Assembly: GCF_964204645.1 (NCBI RefSeq)
Contig: NC_134036.1
Coordinates: forward strand, 2,666,001 to 2,730,000
Source: Tubulanus polymorphus
Taxonomy: Eukaryota; Animalia; Nemertea
Length of the DNA stretch: 64,000 bases
Direction: 5' to 3'
Part shown: positions 23,401 through 36,822 of the stretch, in pieces
Numbering within the stretch: the first letter of the stretch is position 1
Layout of the letters: each line of letters starts with the position of its first letter
The notes under the pieces: model-generated
The model's database searches: none
What the model was told of the DNA's origin: nothing
Seen by the model: the letters and a program-made list of their open reading frames with translations, nothing else
Position numbers and translations under genes: made by a program

Positions 23401-26400
23401 GAAAAAAAAAACTACCTGCGGCCCCTGAATTATTTCAAAAATGCTGCGTTCCACGAACATTTTAAAGTCGCTGCCGGAATTCTGTTTCGAGTACAAAATC
23501 AAATCCATCTTTTGATAGAAGTTTTTAACAATGTCTCCCCCAGGGTGGAGCAGGTTATGTTGCCTATACCTAGATTCAACCGTTCATAACTCTTCAGCTA
23601 GATCTTTTAATCACATACTCTCTTACTTGTGGTCCCTATTCTCTCTCCCCATCCCTGGGTCCCCCATTCTGGATCCTTATCTCCCTACTAAAGAGTCTTT
23701 TCATGTTCTCCTGACCACACCAGACATCAGAACTTTCTTCCCCTTCTTTTCATTTATCATGTTTCCATCCTTGTCCTTCCTGACCCCTTAGTTTTCACCC
23801 TGTTTTCTTGTCCTTCCTGAACCCCTGTATTCTTGTTCTTGTTGAGCACTCTTGTAAGTTGTTGTCCGACAGTTTTTCTGCGTTATCGCGCTGGTACTCG
23901 GTACCCGCTCCAGTCTACCCCGGTATACCGGTGCTCCAGACACAAGGTCAAAATGACGTAGAGAATGAACTAATCTAGAATATCACTCTCTGATAAACAC
24001 GATACATGTGCTGTGACACATTGTCATTATTTATTGCTAATTTAAAAATGAAGTCTTTTCTGTTCTCTGGTTGTTGACGTTCATTTTGTATTCTGCACCG
24101 TACTGGAACACGTAGGCTAAACAATCCTAGATATTACATAAGGGTCATCTCCGGTTTAGTCTTTGATCTTGGTATAACTGTAATTATCAAGGTTTACGTA
24201 AAGAATAACAACAAGGTCTTTGTTGATGTCTGGTTTTTTCTGAGTGAGTTTAAGAAGATGTTTGTAAGGGTATCACTGCTGAATTTCATTTTCAGTATGT
24301 TGAATATATCCAAGCCCTTTCAATCCAGGAAAGTCTTTGTGGAACGGAAAAGTTCATTCCTGAAAATAGTGACTATTAACTAGGATATTGAGTCGAAACG
24401 TTGAATAAACTACTAGCCCAAGGGAACATCGTGGGACCTTATAGGGGGTTCTCTATTGGCCTACATGATAAAAGGTCATTTAGTTTAATAGGAGGTAGCC
24501 AGTCCCAGTGACCAGCAGTACAACCCTGTCATTTCTCCACTCAGTATTCTATTGTAGGTGATACAATCTACACTATGTGTACAATGTATCGATACTGAAT
24601 TGATAAAATCATTGAGATTTTCATTCATATTTTCAAGTGTGAGATAGAATGAGATTGCACAGCTTGACATCCTATCTAGTTGATATATATACTGTATGAG
24701 ATTCATACATTATGTATTGATTGTCATCAACATTTCCAGCTGTTTTAGGATATAAATAGCCATATACCTGCTACACAGCTATGCGTATACTTCCTTCCTG
24801 GTGAGGAGGGACACAAATTCCTAGCATTCCATCACACTGTAAAAAAGAATAAAATAAAAGTTTTTTTACTTATTGTTACTAAATTCAAAAATATTTAGCA
24901 TATTGATTTTGCGTTTACAAGTAAAAGTCAATTCATGAAGCCATTGATGTTTTACACAAGTACATTGTCAACTGCCAATATTTTATGAATGTTCATCAAT
25001 ATGTTTCACTGTTTTAGTAGTTATAGACTTTAAAGTAGTCTTGAGGCCACCATCTTAGTACTGTAGTCTATCGGAAAACTTAAAACCAGTCATTAGATTT
25101 AGGACCACTTAAAGTTTTTTTAAAGTCTTTGAATATGGAACCAGCTCTAAGTCCATGCCTAGACTGACTGCAGTGAGAGAGTATTGCCCTAGTCAACAGA
25201 ATTGGATTGTTCATGAAACCTAACTACGAAGAGACCACGACCGTTAAGTGTTGCCCGCAGCACACTGTTAACAGCCAGCAGGATTCGAACCCACTGGTCA
25301 GTCATCACTAATAGTGATTGTAACAGCATCACATCTAATCTCACTGAGCTACTGAGCTATATTCTAATTTACCAGGGGTTAACTTATTTGAATGAAAGTT
25401 GAGTTAAAACCCTTGGGTTCAAGTTTTAACCTCACGACAGGACGGGACGGCCGCTGAAATATTTCCTGTTCACCGTCAGCAACCAACAGGACTGGAATTC
25501 ACCTGAGATTGTTACTAAGCACTGATATATTGTATTGTTGTAGGATCAGCGGAAATGGACGATGATTTGAGTTTAGAAAGCGATCCGCGTCGATTGTTCC
25601 TAGACGTCGGTACGCTGATCACCGAGGTTCGCGTGCCTGAATTATCTACGAAAGGACGCACGGAAGGACCGCATTGTTGTCTCCCTGGTTACACGGAACA
25701 CGCGTGCTCTGAACGAGACCCGTTGGTAAGTAATATACCCCCTGATACAATGGAATGAGAAAAATATGGCCGCCTTCATTGATACCCACTATGACATCAT
25801 CAAATTGATGTCATGCGATATAGACGCCTTTAAGATACTCCATGACACTATTTTCATACTCAAGTAAAGATGTCTGCCTCCATTTATCCCCTATGACCAA
25901 TATTTGAAGAATCTATAACTAAGTTTACTACAGACTCTTCAGAAAAAGATGGCTACTCTGAAACCCCTTATGACGTCATCAGATTACCAATCGACCCAGA
26001 AAAGATGGATACCTCCAAAATTCCTCCTATGACATCGTCAAACCTCCATTTGCATGATGCGATGGTAATTTGATGATGTCATAGTGGGAGTCCACGGAAA
26101 TTGGGAATATTCATGGAGGTAGCCATGTCTCCTTGAAGTTTATCTATAAAACCACGTGATTTTAATGATATCATAGATAAATTTATGGAAACTTCTTTTC
26201 TGGAAGTGTTCATATCATCAATTTGATGATGTCATAGGGGGTATTTGTGAAAGCGGCCATATATAACGGAAGAGTTTTAATGAGATGATGTCATAGGGGG
26301 TATATATGTAAGCAGCCATGTTTACAGTATGTTTTGTGTTGCAGTGTCGTACAGCGAATGAAGTGAAGGAGCAGTTATCGTCGCTATGGTATAAATCGGT

Positions 26401-29400
26401 ACCGGCGTGTATCGATGTGTTACTCTACCCGGACTGTTGTCACGGCGAACAGGCCGCTACCGACGATACACACCAGGGCGGCGCCGCTAGTCGCGATGTG
26501 AACTCGATCATGTTAGAACAGTGGACGATACAAGTGATACAGCGTCGGTAAGTTATACAAGGGTCCCTCCTCCTTGATTCCTCAAAAGCTTCTTCTAAAC
26601 GGAAAGTACTTTTAAAGGTGCTGGTAAGTACAATTAACGATACGCCCCAGGTATGAGTTCACTAGTCTCCGCTTGGCTCAGATCTTGTTGGACTAATAAT
26701 AGATTTTCTTAGACCTGGGTCTCTCTCTATACGACTCCTTGATTCCTTGAAAACTCCTAGACAGAAAATGCATTTAAAATTGGTTGAAACTGCTTAATTT
26801 GAACAAAATGCGTGGAACTCCTTTCAAACACCTTCAATTTTGAGAATTAAGCAATTAGAAATTTTTGTCTAGTTTGTAATTGCACTGTAGACCTTTCCTA
26901 AATCGGTACAGTTTGGACCAGGATCTTTTTATAACCCTATTAGGCAGTTACCGAATTAGACAACATAGGACTTTGCTTACAAAACTACTGAATTAATGGT
27001 TAACTGAGATAAGCAATACCAAGGAGACCAAGAAGTCTAGAGTAATTGGGATATCAGTGATTCAGGCGCTTCTTTGATATTTGAAATTTAAATCTCCTAG
27101 AAAACTCTGTTGGCCTAGGAATGCTTGATCTGTAGGGACTTTGCAACTGTACTAAACAAGTTCGTGTTTTATGAAGTGTCTAATATTGCTATGTTTACAT
27201 TGACAGGTCTAATGAACAGTGGATGACCGGGAAGGCGTTGACTCAAGCTTTGAGATCGTATCTATTTTTCTCACAGTTATCCGCGTGGTATAATCAAACT
27301 CAAGGTCGTCAGCCTCGTACTGTCGTGTATAGGTAGGTCGCATTACCTCCTTCACAACCAGCAGCCAGTTGCTGGAAATTTGGTTAAAGATAACCGGTGG
27401 ATAAATACCATATTAACGATGAACTTTCTAATTGTCACTTTATCAACTATCCACTGGTTAACTGTAACCAACTTTTGAGCAACTGCAGCTCCAAGTTCCT
27501 AATGGCAACACCAGATGGCGCAGCAAAACACCAGGTTATTCGTTGTGAAGATCAGTTCGTGTCCAATGAAATTTGAACTTAGAATTTAGCCTTCCAAATC
27601 GGAAAATTTTCAAACGACTCATTTGATAGATATAAAAAGATTCCCTTTCTCAAGTGTATGGTCTTGATTTCATGGTATTGACTTGCAAATTGACTCAAAA
27701 TATGAACTCCTATTTCTCAAGAACTTTAGATCTTTGGCCGGTGAGATTTCTCTGGTGTATCCACTGAGAATTAGGTTCTAATGCTAGGAGTTTTTAGAAT
27801 TGTGCTGATGATGTATGTTTGTGTATTGTATATTTACAGAGTTTCTGTTCCTGGTGAAAGCGATCTGAATCTATTTCCCGCTGCGCCCGTTGAACACGCG
27901 TTCCCAAACGTACCGATCAGTAAAACTACCAGTTTAAAAGTATCGAGTATCTCGATACCTCGCGGTTCCTCGTCGATACCTCGTGTTCTGTGTTACAAAG
28001 ATCACTCGTCGCATGTGCACAACGTACAGAGATATGGCCACGCCGAGGATCAACCAGCTGGGGCGGCGTCCAACGAACCGGACCAGGTTTGGTCCCGTCA
28101 TCGGACCGGCACACGACCATCAGAATCGGCGACGAAAACAGAACCATATGCAAGTCCGACTATCCAGCCGTATTTTACCTATACCCTCGAGGCTGCCGAC
28201 ACGCCTGGTGAATATTACCCGCTAGAGGTCGCCGCTGGTGGCGGTGGTCGCGGCGGAAAAGACGATAAAATGCAATATAGAAAATCTATGCAATCTCAAT
28301 TAGCAGCGCCACCTATAGTGAGAACTGTGATCGATCGTGCATCGGGCGCTATACCAAAACGGACGGACAGTGGCGCCACCACTGGGACAAAATCGAAATC
28401 GAGGGAACTAAAGGCAGCGGAACAGATCAGCTCGGACCGGAGTCGGACTCCTCCGCCTTCCGAGCTGAGTTTACGTGCGGAGATCACGATGAAAACGCTG
28501 AAAAGTCCGACGGTTCTTGTCACCGAGCAACCGCTGTCGCAACAACAGGTTTACTTCTCATCGGTGACCGGACGAGAATCGGTACGCGGTCGATTTCAGG
28601 AAACGGCGATAAAAATGGCGTCGATCGACTTGTCGCAGAAATCAGTCGACGACCGGCGACAACAGACAGATGTTTTAGAGGCGTGCGGTCGACCGATGTC
28701 TCCCGCCGAGATCGAACAATATCTGTGGCTGTTAAAACCAAATCACGGGCGTCGCTCTGAGTCGCCGGATACAGTGTCGCCCTCTAGCGTCGACAGTCGA
28801 TTATCACCGCTGTATTTATCGTTGAATAAACCGTTGTCGGACTCAGCGGCTTGTTCGTCGACCGCTCGACTAGTCAACGAGTCGATGTGTTCGTCGACCA
28901 GTTCTAACGATTCGAACGGAGCCGCGTCGCCCCCGGCCACGAACGTCGCGACGACGACACGTCACCGCGGGCGACGTAAAGGTTTGAAGGTCGTTCCATC
29001 GTACGAACGTAAATGTCTGATCGGTCGAATGTCCGATTCACCATCGCCGTCGCCGACGCGCGTTTCTCGTCGCGAACTGTTACCGCTCGGTCAGCGCAAA
29101 CCTCTCCGCGGTAACAACAACGCAAATAATTCGGCGTGTGATTCGGAAATCATGGAACGACATCGCGGCGGATTCGTTTTATCGTCGTCGGACAGCGATC
29201 AATCGATTCCTGAATCTGGATCGAGTTCCAGTTTAATCGCGAATAACGGCAGCAACACCGGCGCCCTCTGTGATCATTCAAACGCAACCGGCCTAGAAAA
29301 CGCGTTCTCCGAGTTACACATAACGCCGCCTAGCGGTCGTCTGGAGAATCGCGGCGATGAGACGTCCATGCAGCGGAACGGTTCGCAGGGAATCGCGATG

Positions 29401-32400
29401 AATCTGTGTAAGAATGGTTCGTTCGATTCACCGGCGGTCGACGTCGTCATCGGTAATAACGGGCAACAATCGGAAAACGGACATCGTTGTTGCCCGGAAA
29501 CAAACGGTTACACGGCGAAAACAGTCAAAGCTTCGCAACAAAGCAAAGAGTCTCCGTGGGGAGAGGAGGATACCGAGACAAATGGCTTTTCGGACGGGAC
29601 GAATGTAAGTCGATGTTCAGTTCTAAACGGTAGCAGCATCGCGAAATCAGCGAAAATAAACGACCAGCAAATTTCGGTATCTTCGGAAATTTCGACTGAG
29701 AAACGAAGTACAGCATCGTCGTCTTTTCAACCAGTTTATACCAGTATTCAGGAAATAACAACAACATCATCATCTCAGGAAACTAACAACGGGACCACGA
29801 GATCGCAATATCGTCATGATGTCGACAACAATACGACTAGTCGTCATCACGGCGACCGTTTGACGTTTGACTCGATCGATAATAAACTGAAAGACATCGA
29901 GAAAATCGATTGTCAAGTGTCGTCTGCTTACGATCAACCTACAGAGACATCTAGTGGCGATTTAGCGAACGAACAGCCAATATTCTTCTTACCGGACGAA
30001 ACGACGGTGGCGCCACCGTGTCGAAATGGTGCTCGCCCCGAGAAATCCGAGAACGGAACTCTAGTGGCCGCTCCCGAAACTAACGGAGTCAACCTCCGAA
30101 ACGGGAATTCTATCGAGACCGCTCTGTTACCCGTTGCATTGTTGAGCGGTCGCCAAGCAGTGGAAGTCTTGAAGCCATCATCGTCTAGTCAGGTGTCAGC
30201 GTTGAATACCTCATTGGCTGCGGCGGCTGTTAACAGCTCCGGCGTTGTAGGGGGCGTCACTGTAGCCAAGTTTGGTAAACAACGTTCGCTGCTGAAAACG
30301 CTGATGACGAAGGAGCTTAAAACTGAACCGGTGAGTTTTAAAGGTCACGTGGAGCAAGTTTTTAATTGAAGGGCTAACATTAATTGGTTAATTCGAATAT
30401 GCATTGTCCTTCTGGCTGGCGGGGCTTATTTACTTCTCCGACCATCAGACCCGTCGAAATTTTTGTTTAGAATAAACGCTTTCTTCGTTTTCAGACATTG
30501 GACACGGAATCGGCGAAAAGAAAACATGTTCCGACGGACGTCGAACGGAAACAGTTCCATCAGAAAATGGAGAACAGTACTCAAATGGTGTTCAGCAGAC
30601 AAACAGGGTTACCTTTACAATCTAGTCCGGTGAGTATCTAACTCCAGGAGAGTCCGAGTAAAGATCTGGACCCAGTTCCACAGTTGTGAGTTAGAGCTTA
30701 CTCTGAGTTAAAGTTAGTTCATTTTCAATGAGTTAACTCTGAGTTAAATCTTAACTCAGAACTGTGGAACTGGACCCTGGGGCCAGTTGCACAGTCGTGA
30801 CTTAAGTATCTTAAACCTTTAGACCGGTTTTAAGTTGTTAGATTGGCTGTAGAGCCTAGTTGGCCTCAGACTGGTCTCAAGTCTAAGCCATGACTATGCA
30901 ACCAGCCACCGAGGTTCAGTTTTGACCTCCTCCCACACATTTTGGTCACAGTAGTCAATGTCATATAGAATGAGTTAGTTGTTTCTATTTTCTCTCTATA
31001 TTTTTCCAGGCGCCGGTGAAGAGAAATAGTTACAGTTGCCCGGGTGGAAATTTTAGTTTCGACGCGAATCTCGCGACTCCTCGCGCCATCAAAAAGTAAG
31101 TACGTCATCTCGACCACATCGAGACTGTTCTCATTCACACAGGGTGGTGCAACTGAACTGCGCAATCTAGAAAAGGCTAGGAATCAAAGTCAAGCAGAAA
31201 AAATCAGGGAATTTGATAAATTTAACCAAAAACCTTGAAAACTTTGGGAATTCAGATAATGCTATTGGATTGACACCATGTTTCTTGATCAGTAAATGAT
31301 TCACTGAAAAATGATTAAATTGTAACATTTTAAGCATAGAAATTTCTCTGATTCAGTCAGGGGGGAAAATTTGTGTAATCACATAATGGGAAACTTTGTC
31401 AATAGTGGCGCCACCCTGCAACCATTAGAGCCACTGAGCATAAACCATCTTTACAGCAACCATCGTTAATATCTCTTATAGCAACACACCTGCTCATTGT
31501 TTCACATTGTTGTTAACTGTTACTCTTCTGTTTCCTAGCGCCGTTTCGTGTTCAATTTTGGATTCGTCCGAAAACGAGGACGAAGAAAATCGTATCGGTC
31601 ATCGTAAACTGAGCGTCAGCGCGCCGGCGTCAACGCAACGATTGTTGGGCAATTTCGAGGTACGTTCATTACTAATTTAACGATGATTTTCAAGATTAAA
31701 GGTTTCTCGCAGAGCGTATAAGTGATGACCCTCAGATATCTATATGGTTGTTATCACACTCAATATGACTGCCTGGCAATTTAATTATGAAATTACAATT
31801 TTCCCCATCATTCAGGGTATAGATTTTGTTTGGAATCTCAATGTTCACATGAAAGGTAAAGAGTGTATCGGGGATGGTCCTTAGATATTGTTGTTATAAT
31901 TGCATGGCTGACTGGCAGCTATATTTGATTCGCATACAGGGTGCAGTCCTTAATCTTAATTCTCAAGAAAGGCGAACAGATTTTAGGTGATGATCTCTTT
32001 CCACCCATTCGCCAGGGGCTACTCCACTGATTCCACCCACTCAACACCAGGGGCTACTCCACTGATTCCACCACTGATTGTTGTTTGTATATTTTCAGGA
32101 GAGTATATTGAACGGCCGGATTGAGCCGGTCGGTGTTGTCGACGGATTCACGGCTGAAATCGGCGCCAGCGGTTCGTTCTGTCCGAAACACGCGAAATGT
32201 CCGGTCACCGCTTACTGGTTCAGTTTATCAGACGACAACGCGCCGTCTCCTTACCTCGTGAGTTTCCGCCAAAAATCTGCAGCCCAGTTTCTCAAAACAA
32301 ATTATGATTAGTTTCTTAATGATAACTGAACAATTTATTGTTTTTGAAAACCTGTCGACGATTTGAAGTTGAAGTTGAACTGAAGTTGATAAGGCTGAGA

Positions 32401-33592
32401 TTGAATTATTTTGTTATTATTTCAGGGTCACATTAGTTTAGAAGGAGTTGGAAAGAAAGGTTATCATGTACCGAAAAAGGGTACCGTTCAAGTGGTAAGT
32501 TCTGTTGGAAATTACAGGATTCTTAGTGTAGGCTTTGAATACGCTACCGAGTTCCCTGATTGTCAACTCTGTGAAATATTGACTACAGTTACAACACGCT
32601 ACCGAGTTCCCTGATCGTCAACTCGGCGAAATATTGACAACAGTTACAACACGCTACCGAGTTCCCTGATTGTCAACTCGGTGAAATATTGACAACAGTT
32701 ACAACACGCTACCGAGTTCCCTGATTGTCAACTCGGTGAAATATTGACAACAGTTACAACACGCTACCGAGTTCCCTGATTGTCAACTCGGTGAAATATT
32801 GACAACAGTTACAACACGCTACTGAGTTCCCTGATTGTCAACTCGGTGAAATATTGACAACAGTTACAACACGCTACCGAGTTCCCTGATTCTTAACTCA
32901 GTGAAATATTGTCAACACTCTCAACACTTTAACGAATAAGGCTGCTCGGTTTACTATATTTCTCCTCATTCTTTCGTTTTTTCAGACATTGTTTAATCCG
33001 AATAAAACGGTTGTAAAGATGTTCGTCGTGTTGTACGATTTATCGGACATGCCTCCGAATTGTCAGACATTCCTCCGTCAGCGTACGCTCTACATGCCGG
33101 TCGCTAGCGGCACTAAAACACCAAACGACCCGGACGACGACGACGAGCTCACTGATGACACTGATGACGATGAAATGTTACCCACTTATCTCAGATACCT
33201 TATACATCTCAGGTAATTAGTTACTCAATTAGTTACCAGTTGATTTCTATTACTTCTAATTGATCAAATCAATTATGATGATGTCTAATACATCTTGATT
33301 AATTAGTTAATCAATTAGTTATCATTGATTTCTGTAGGTGTTAATTGATCAAATCAATTAGGATGATGTCTTATGCATCTCAAGTAATTAGTCTGGTCAA
33401 ATGATTAAAAATTGATATTTTTGTAAATTTTTCAGGTTTATGAGTTCGAAATCAGGACGTATTTATCTTCACACCGATATTCGCTTGATATTCGCTCGCG
33501 ATAAATTCGAATTCGATCCTCGTGTCGCCACCTACGAACTGAGATCGTTCACCGAGGGACCCGTCAATCCGAAATTCTCTCCGATGAGATAA
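20423..33592 (+). CDS. ATOSA: Atos homolog (FAM214A/Atossa), 12 exons, about 1329 aa
   Basis: Exons 20423-20456, 25544-25725, 26345-26547, 27207-27332, 27840-30330, 30495-30629, 31010-31095, 31539-31659, 32099-32257, 32426-32494, 32986-33212, 33436-33592; all phases join. Motifs LITEVRVPE..KGRTE, LRSYLFFSQLSAW, GLPLQSSP, LLGNFEESILNGR (DUF4210), TLFNPNKTVVKMFVVLYDLSDMP and SKSGRIYLHTDIRLIF (Chromosome_seg). Exon 1 (MKPN...) is the least certain, supported by phase and the MKP start. Confidence 0.92.
21925..22230. repeat. ~300-bp polypyrimidine (CT-rich) tract in ATOSA intron 1
   Basis: Almost all C/T on the + strand; similar tracts at 23640-23840 and 61750-62090. Confidence 0.9.
25200..25359 (-). 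mobile_element. tRNA-derived SINE head
   Basis: Minus strand tagctcagtagctcagtgag (A-box-like) ... ggttcgaatcc (B box); the 5' part recurs at 45085-45140. Confidence 0.65.
27362..27489. mobile_element. ~130-bp MITE family B (also 35519-35659, 50952-51075, partial 35030-35095)
   Basis: TIR cagttgct..aaa.ttggtta / taaccaacttttgagcaactg; shared internal gataacc.gtggata.atacca. Confidence 0.75.
30666..30779. mobile_element. ~110-bp MITE family C (second copy 38974-39086)
   Basis: TIR ggacccagttccacagtt / aactgtggaactggaccc with CWG flanks; directly abuts a family A copy. Confidence 0.8.
31140..31418. mobile_element. hAT-like MITE (CAGGGTGG...CCACCCTG); related fragments at 130-420 and 42375-42850
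   Basis: Terminal cagggtgg/ccaccctg; shared aaaatcagggaattt core. Confidence 0.6.
32541..32918. repeat. 55-bp minisatellite, about 7 copies, ATOSA intron 10
   Basis: Unit acgctaccgagttccctgattgtcaactcggtgaaatattgacaacagttacaac at 32541, 32596, 32651, 32706, 32761, 32816, 32871. Confidence 0.97.
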
Positions 33593-36500
33593 CGATGGTT
33601 TTCGTTTAGTTCTCGTTTCGACCAGGTGGCGCCACAACGCGGTATTATGGTTATTTCTACTACTACCAGATGGCGTGATTGTAGTCTTAAACAACCGCCT
33701 TCAGGTTCTGTTATAGTTCTCTGAACCACCAATAGGTGGGTTCGTAGGTTTCTTTATGGACGCACGGAAGTAGCGATATATAACTTCATCCAACACCAGG
33801 TGGCGTTACAGATATCCTCAACCTGGCAAAGGACAAAATTACCAAATTTGGTGAAATTTTTGGGCATATTCCAGAATAATTTATCTTTTATTCAAAAGAT
33901 TGGAAATTAGATATATACAATTTTCGCATAGAGTTTGGACTCAAGTTCTGACTCAGTTCTCGCGAATGAAGCTATTATTAGCAATTTATCAAATATATAA
34001 AAGAATAAATATATTTATTTATTTCCGATATTTTATCGAAAATTTCGATTTGTTTCACGAAATAGAAAAGAAATAATAAAATGGTTTAAAGCGATTAAGT
34101 ATAGCCACTTAACAAGATTGACTTTTAGAATTCTTTGCATGGGATTTAAGCATGACCGGCCTGCCCAGTAAGTGGAGATGTTAGCCATCTCTGGCATGCG
34201 GGGCTTTTCATTGTTGATGGTTCGATATATATATATACGATGGAATTGTTTTAGAAAGTATTGTTAATGTCTCTGATGTTGTTGTTAAGATAAAGAGTTT
34301 ATTATTATTCAAGGAAAAGAATTGAGATTGTTGATCAGTAAAATACTGTAATAGCTATAGTGCCCCCTATACCATAACTAGTGAATCAGAGAATTGAATT
34401 TTAGCCCGCGAGTTCTTTTTCAATTTCACTAAGGCTAAAAAAAATTTGAATACCTTGTTTCTCATTTCTGATGAGCTTAAAAGCTGACCCGGCCGGTCGC
34501 CTATCTACCCTTAACTAAACACAATCAGGTTAACAATAACAGACCTGGCAGCTATATAAATGAACTGAATTACAAAATTGAGCCGGCCGATTAGGAGAAA
34601 CAAGGTATGATTCTTGTTTAGCCTTACGTACATACGGTACCTTACCTCAATGCAAAAGAGATGTACTCGTAGGTCAGGGGTATAATATAAGCTTGGAAAG
34701 ATTTCAGCCCATTGCTCAGTTATATCGTGGACGTATAAACTAGATAATACTCCCATGGTTATATGAACAGTTTCAAGTAGACTATTCGCTTATAAGAATA
34801 TTGAAAGTTGTCGAGATGCAGTTCTGTTTGGAAAATAACGGCTAACTTTGTGACTTCAAATGAAATGATTCTGGTTCCGTGACTTTTTCGAAAGACTTTC
34901 AATTTCTCTGATTCACGGCGCATTAGTCCGTACCTCGCGGTTTCTTGGGTATGAGTTCATTTTCAAGTTTTAAATCTTGTGTCAAATTTTAACGAGGAAT
35001 GTCACTGGATCTTGGGAATTAGCGAAATGGGGTCAGTCGCTCAAAAATTGGTGAAAGGTGAATACCATAGTAACAATGAACTTTTAATTGTAACTCTGAG
35101 ATAAAATCAGTTTATTTTGAATGAATCAAATAAATGTGGAACAGGATCCTGAATCTTAAGGCTGTAGAACTGGGGAATATGTATAAAATGCAAATTCTGA
35201 TGTTTGTTCGTCTTTCGTAGAGACAGACTTAAAATATGTTGATGGTGTAAAAAAGACCCTTACGACAAATTCAGGGTCCGATTCAAGGGACAGATGCACG
35301 GGGTGCACTCCCTAAAGATGTCAAGTTGCCCTAAAAATTTCACAGGAAAATAAAAGATGTTTAAAACTGATACCTAAAAAGTTTAAATTCATATGCTTGT
35401 TCTCTGTATTTCCAAACATGAGTTAATGTTTCCCGATGAAGGTGCCCTTTCGGTTTTTCATTTTATGATATGCCATACTTTTTGGGCACGCCCTGAATCA
35501 GACCCTATATCTGCCCATGGGGCTGCAGTTGCTCAACACTTGATTAGAGTTAACTAGCGGTTAGTCGACATCGTGACAATTAAAAGTTCATTGTTACTAA
35601 TGGTATCCGCCGGTTACCTTATCTTTAACGAACTTTCGAGCAACACTGCGGCCCCCCTGAAATTTGTGAAATGTATGTAAGAAGACTTGTCGTGTATAAG
35701 AATTGTTATATAGAATAGACAAAAGGAATAATATAATTGTTAAATGTTTGTTTGTTGTGATGAGAGACGAGAGGTGGCGCGTAATAATGCGCGCAAAAAA
35801 AAGCTTATCGTATATATGATCATTATATGGAAAAAAGTTATTAAAAATTAAAGAAAAAATTATTAGATAAAAACCTTTAAAAAAATCTTGTAAAACTTCA
35901 TTAAAAAGAGTCGGCTTGACTTGATTATCCTTTAATTTCATTTTAATCCTGATATGTCTAGAACCATTTAGATATTGAATGGATATTGAATAATACTACT
36001 GAGTTCTGTCTGCTTAAAGTTCATTCTTTATTTTCGATTAATTCATCGATTTTGGTTTTATCAGGATCATCGAACTGTTATTATATTCGAAGGTGTCAAA
36101 TTTGAAAAATTCGATCTTTTTTCTGCTCTTTTGAAAAAGATTTACGATGATTTTGTTTGTTTATTTGAGACTCGAGGAAAACATACTTCATTCAGACTTA
36201 CTCTACACACATTACTAGCACTACTCGCATATATTATTATATGAAAATAAAGGTCATAATAACTCATCGAAGACAAAAATTAATTTCGTGTCATTTTATG
36301 TGTTGTGTCTCCAGGTTTTTTTAAACATTTTTTCTAGCTTACTCCGGATTTTCAAAGGATTTTCTAGTGTTTCAATTTTTTTTTTCAACCTCGTAGCGAC
36401 CAATTGACTTTCTCATTTCAATTCAATTTTATCAACCGAGCGCTAGTAGCACCATCGGTTCTCGTAAACTTTTTACAAAAACGCTAGACTGGTTGCCGGT

Positions 36501-36699
36501 CTAACTTCAAATTGGACCGGCAACCAGTCGAGTGTATGCGCCGCATTTGACGTTAGCGATTGATGAAAAGCAATTGGTGACCAGCGAATGACGATCGACG
36601 ATGTCGGCACCGATATTCTGTAGGTCTCCCATACCATATAGGAAATATAACTATATCATAGAATAGTCACAATATAGTTTAATTGAATTTGTGTGGAGT

Positions 36700-36725
36700 A
36701 TTTCCGGTTTACTTCCGGGTTCCGT
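36700..36725. promoter_or_regulatory. FAH promoter ETS-like sites
   Basis: Tandem TTTCCGG and ACTTCCGG motifs about 100 bp upstream of the ATG. Confidence 0.45.
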
Positions 36726-36822
36726 GGCGTGAGAGAAAAATTGTCTGAGTATTCGACACTTTTTCCTTTAGAAGTTTCAGCTTTAAACCGTCAAAATTCC
36801 TCGTCAACGACGCTCGAGTAAA

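Noticed and set aside
27781-30369. 862-aa ORF as a standalone gene
   Set aside because: It is ATOSA exon 5 (27840-30330) with intronic extensions.
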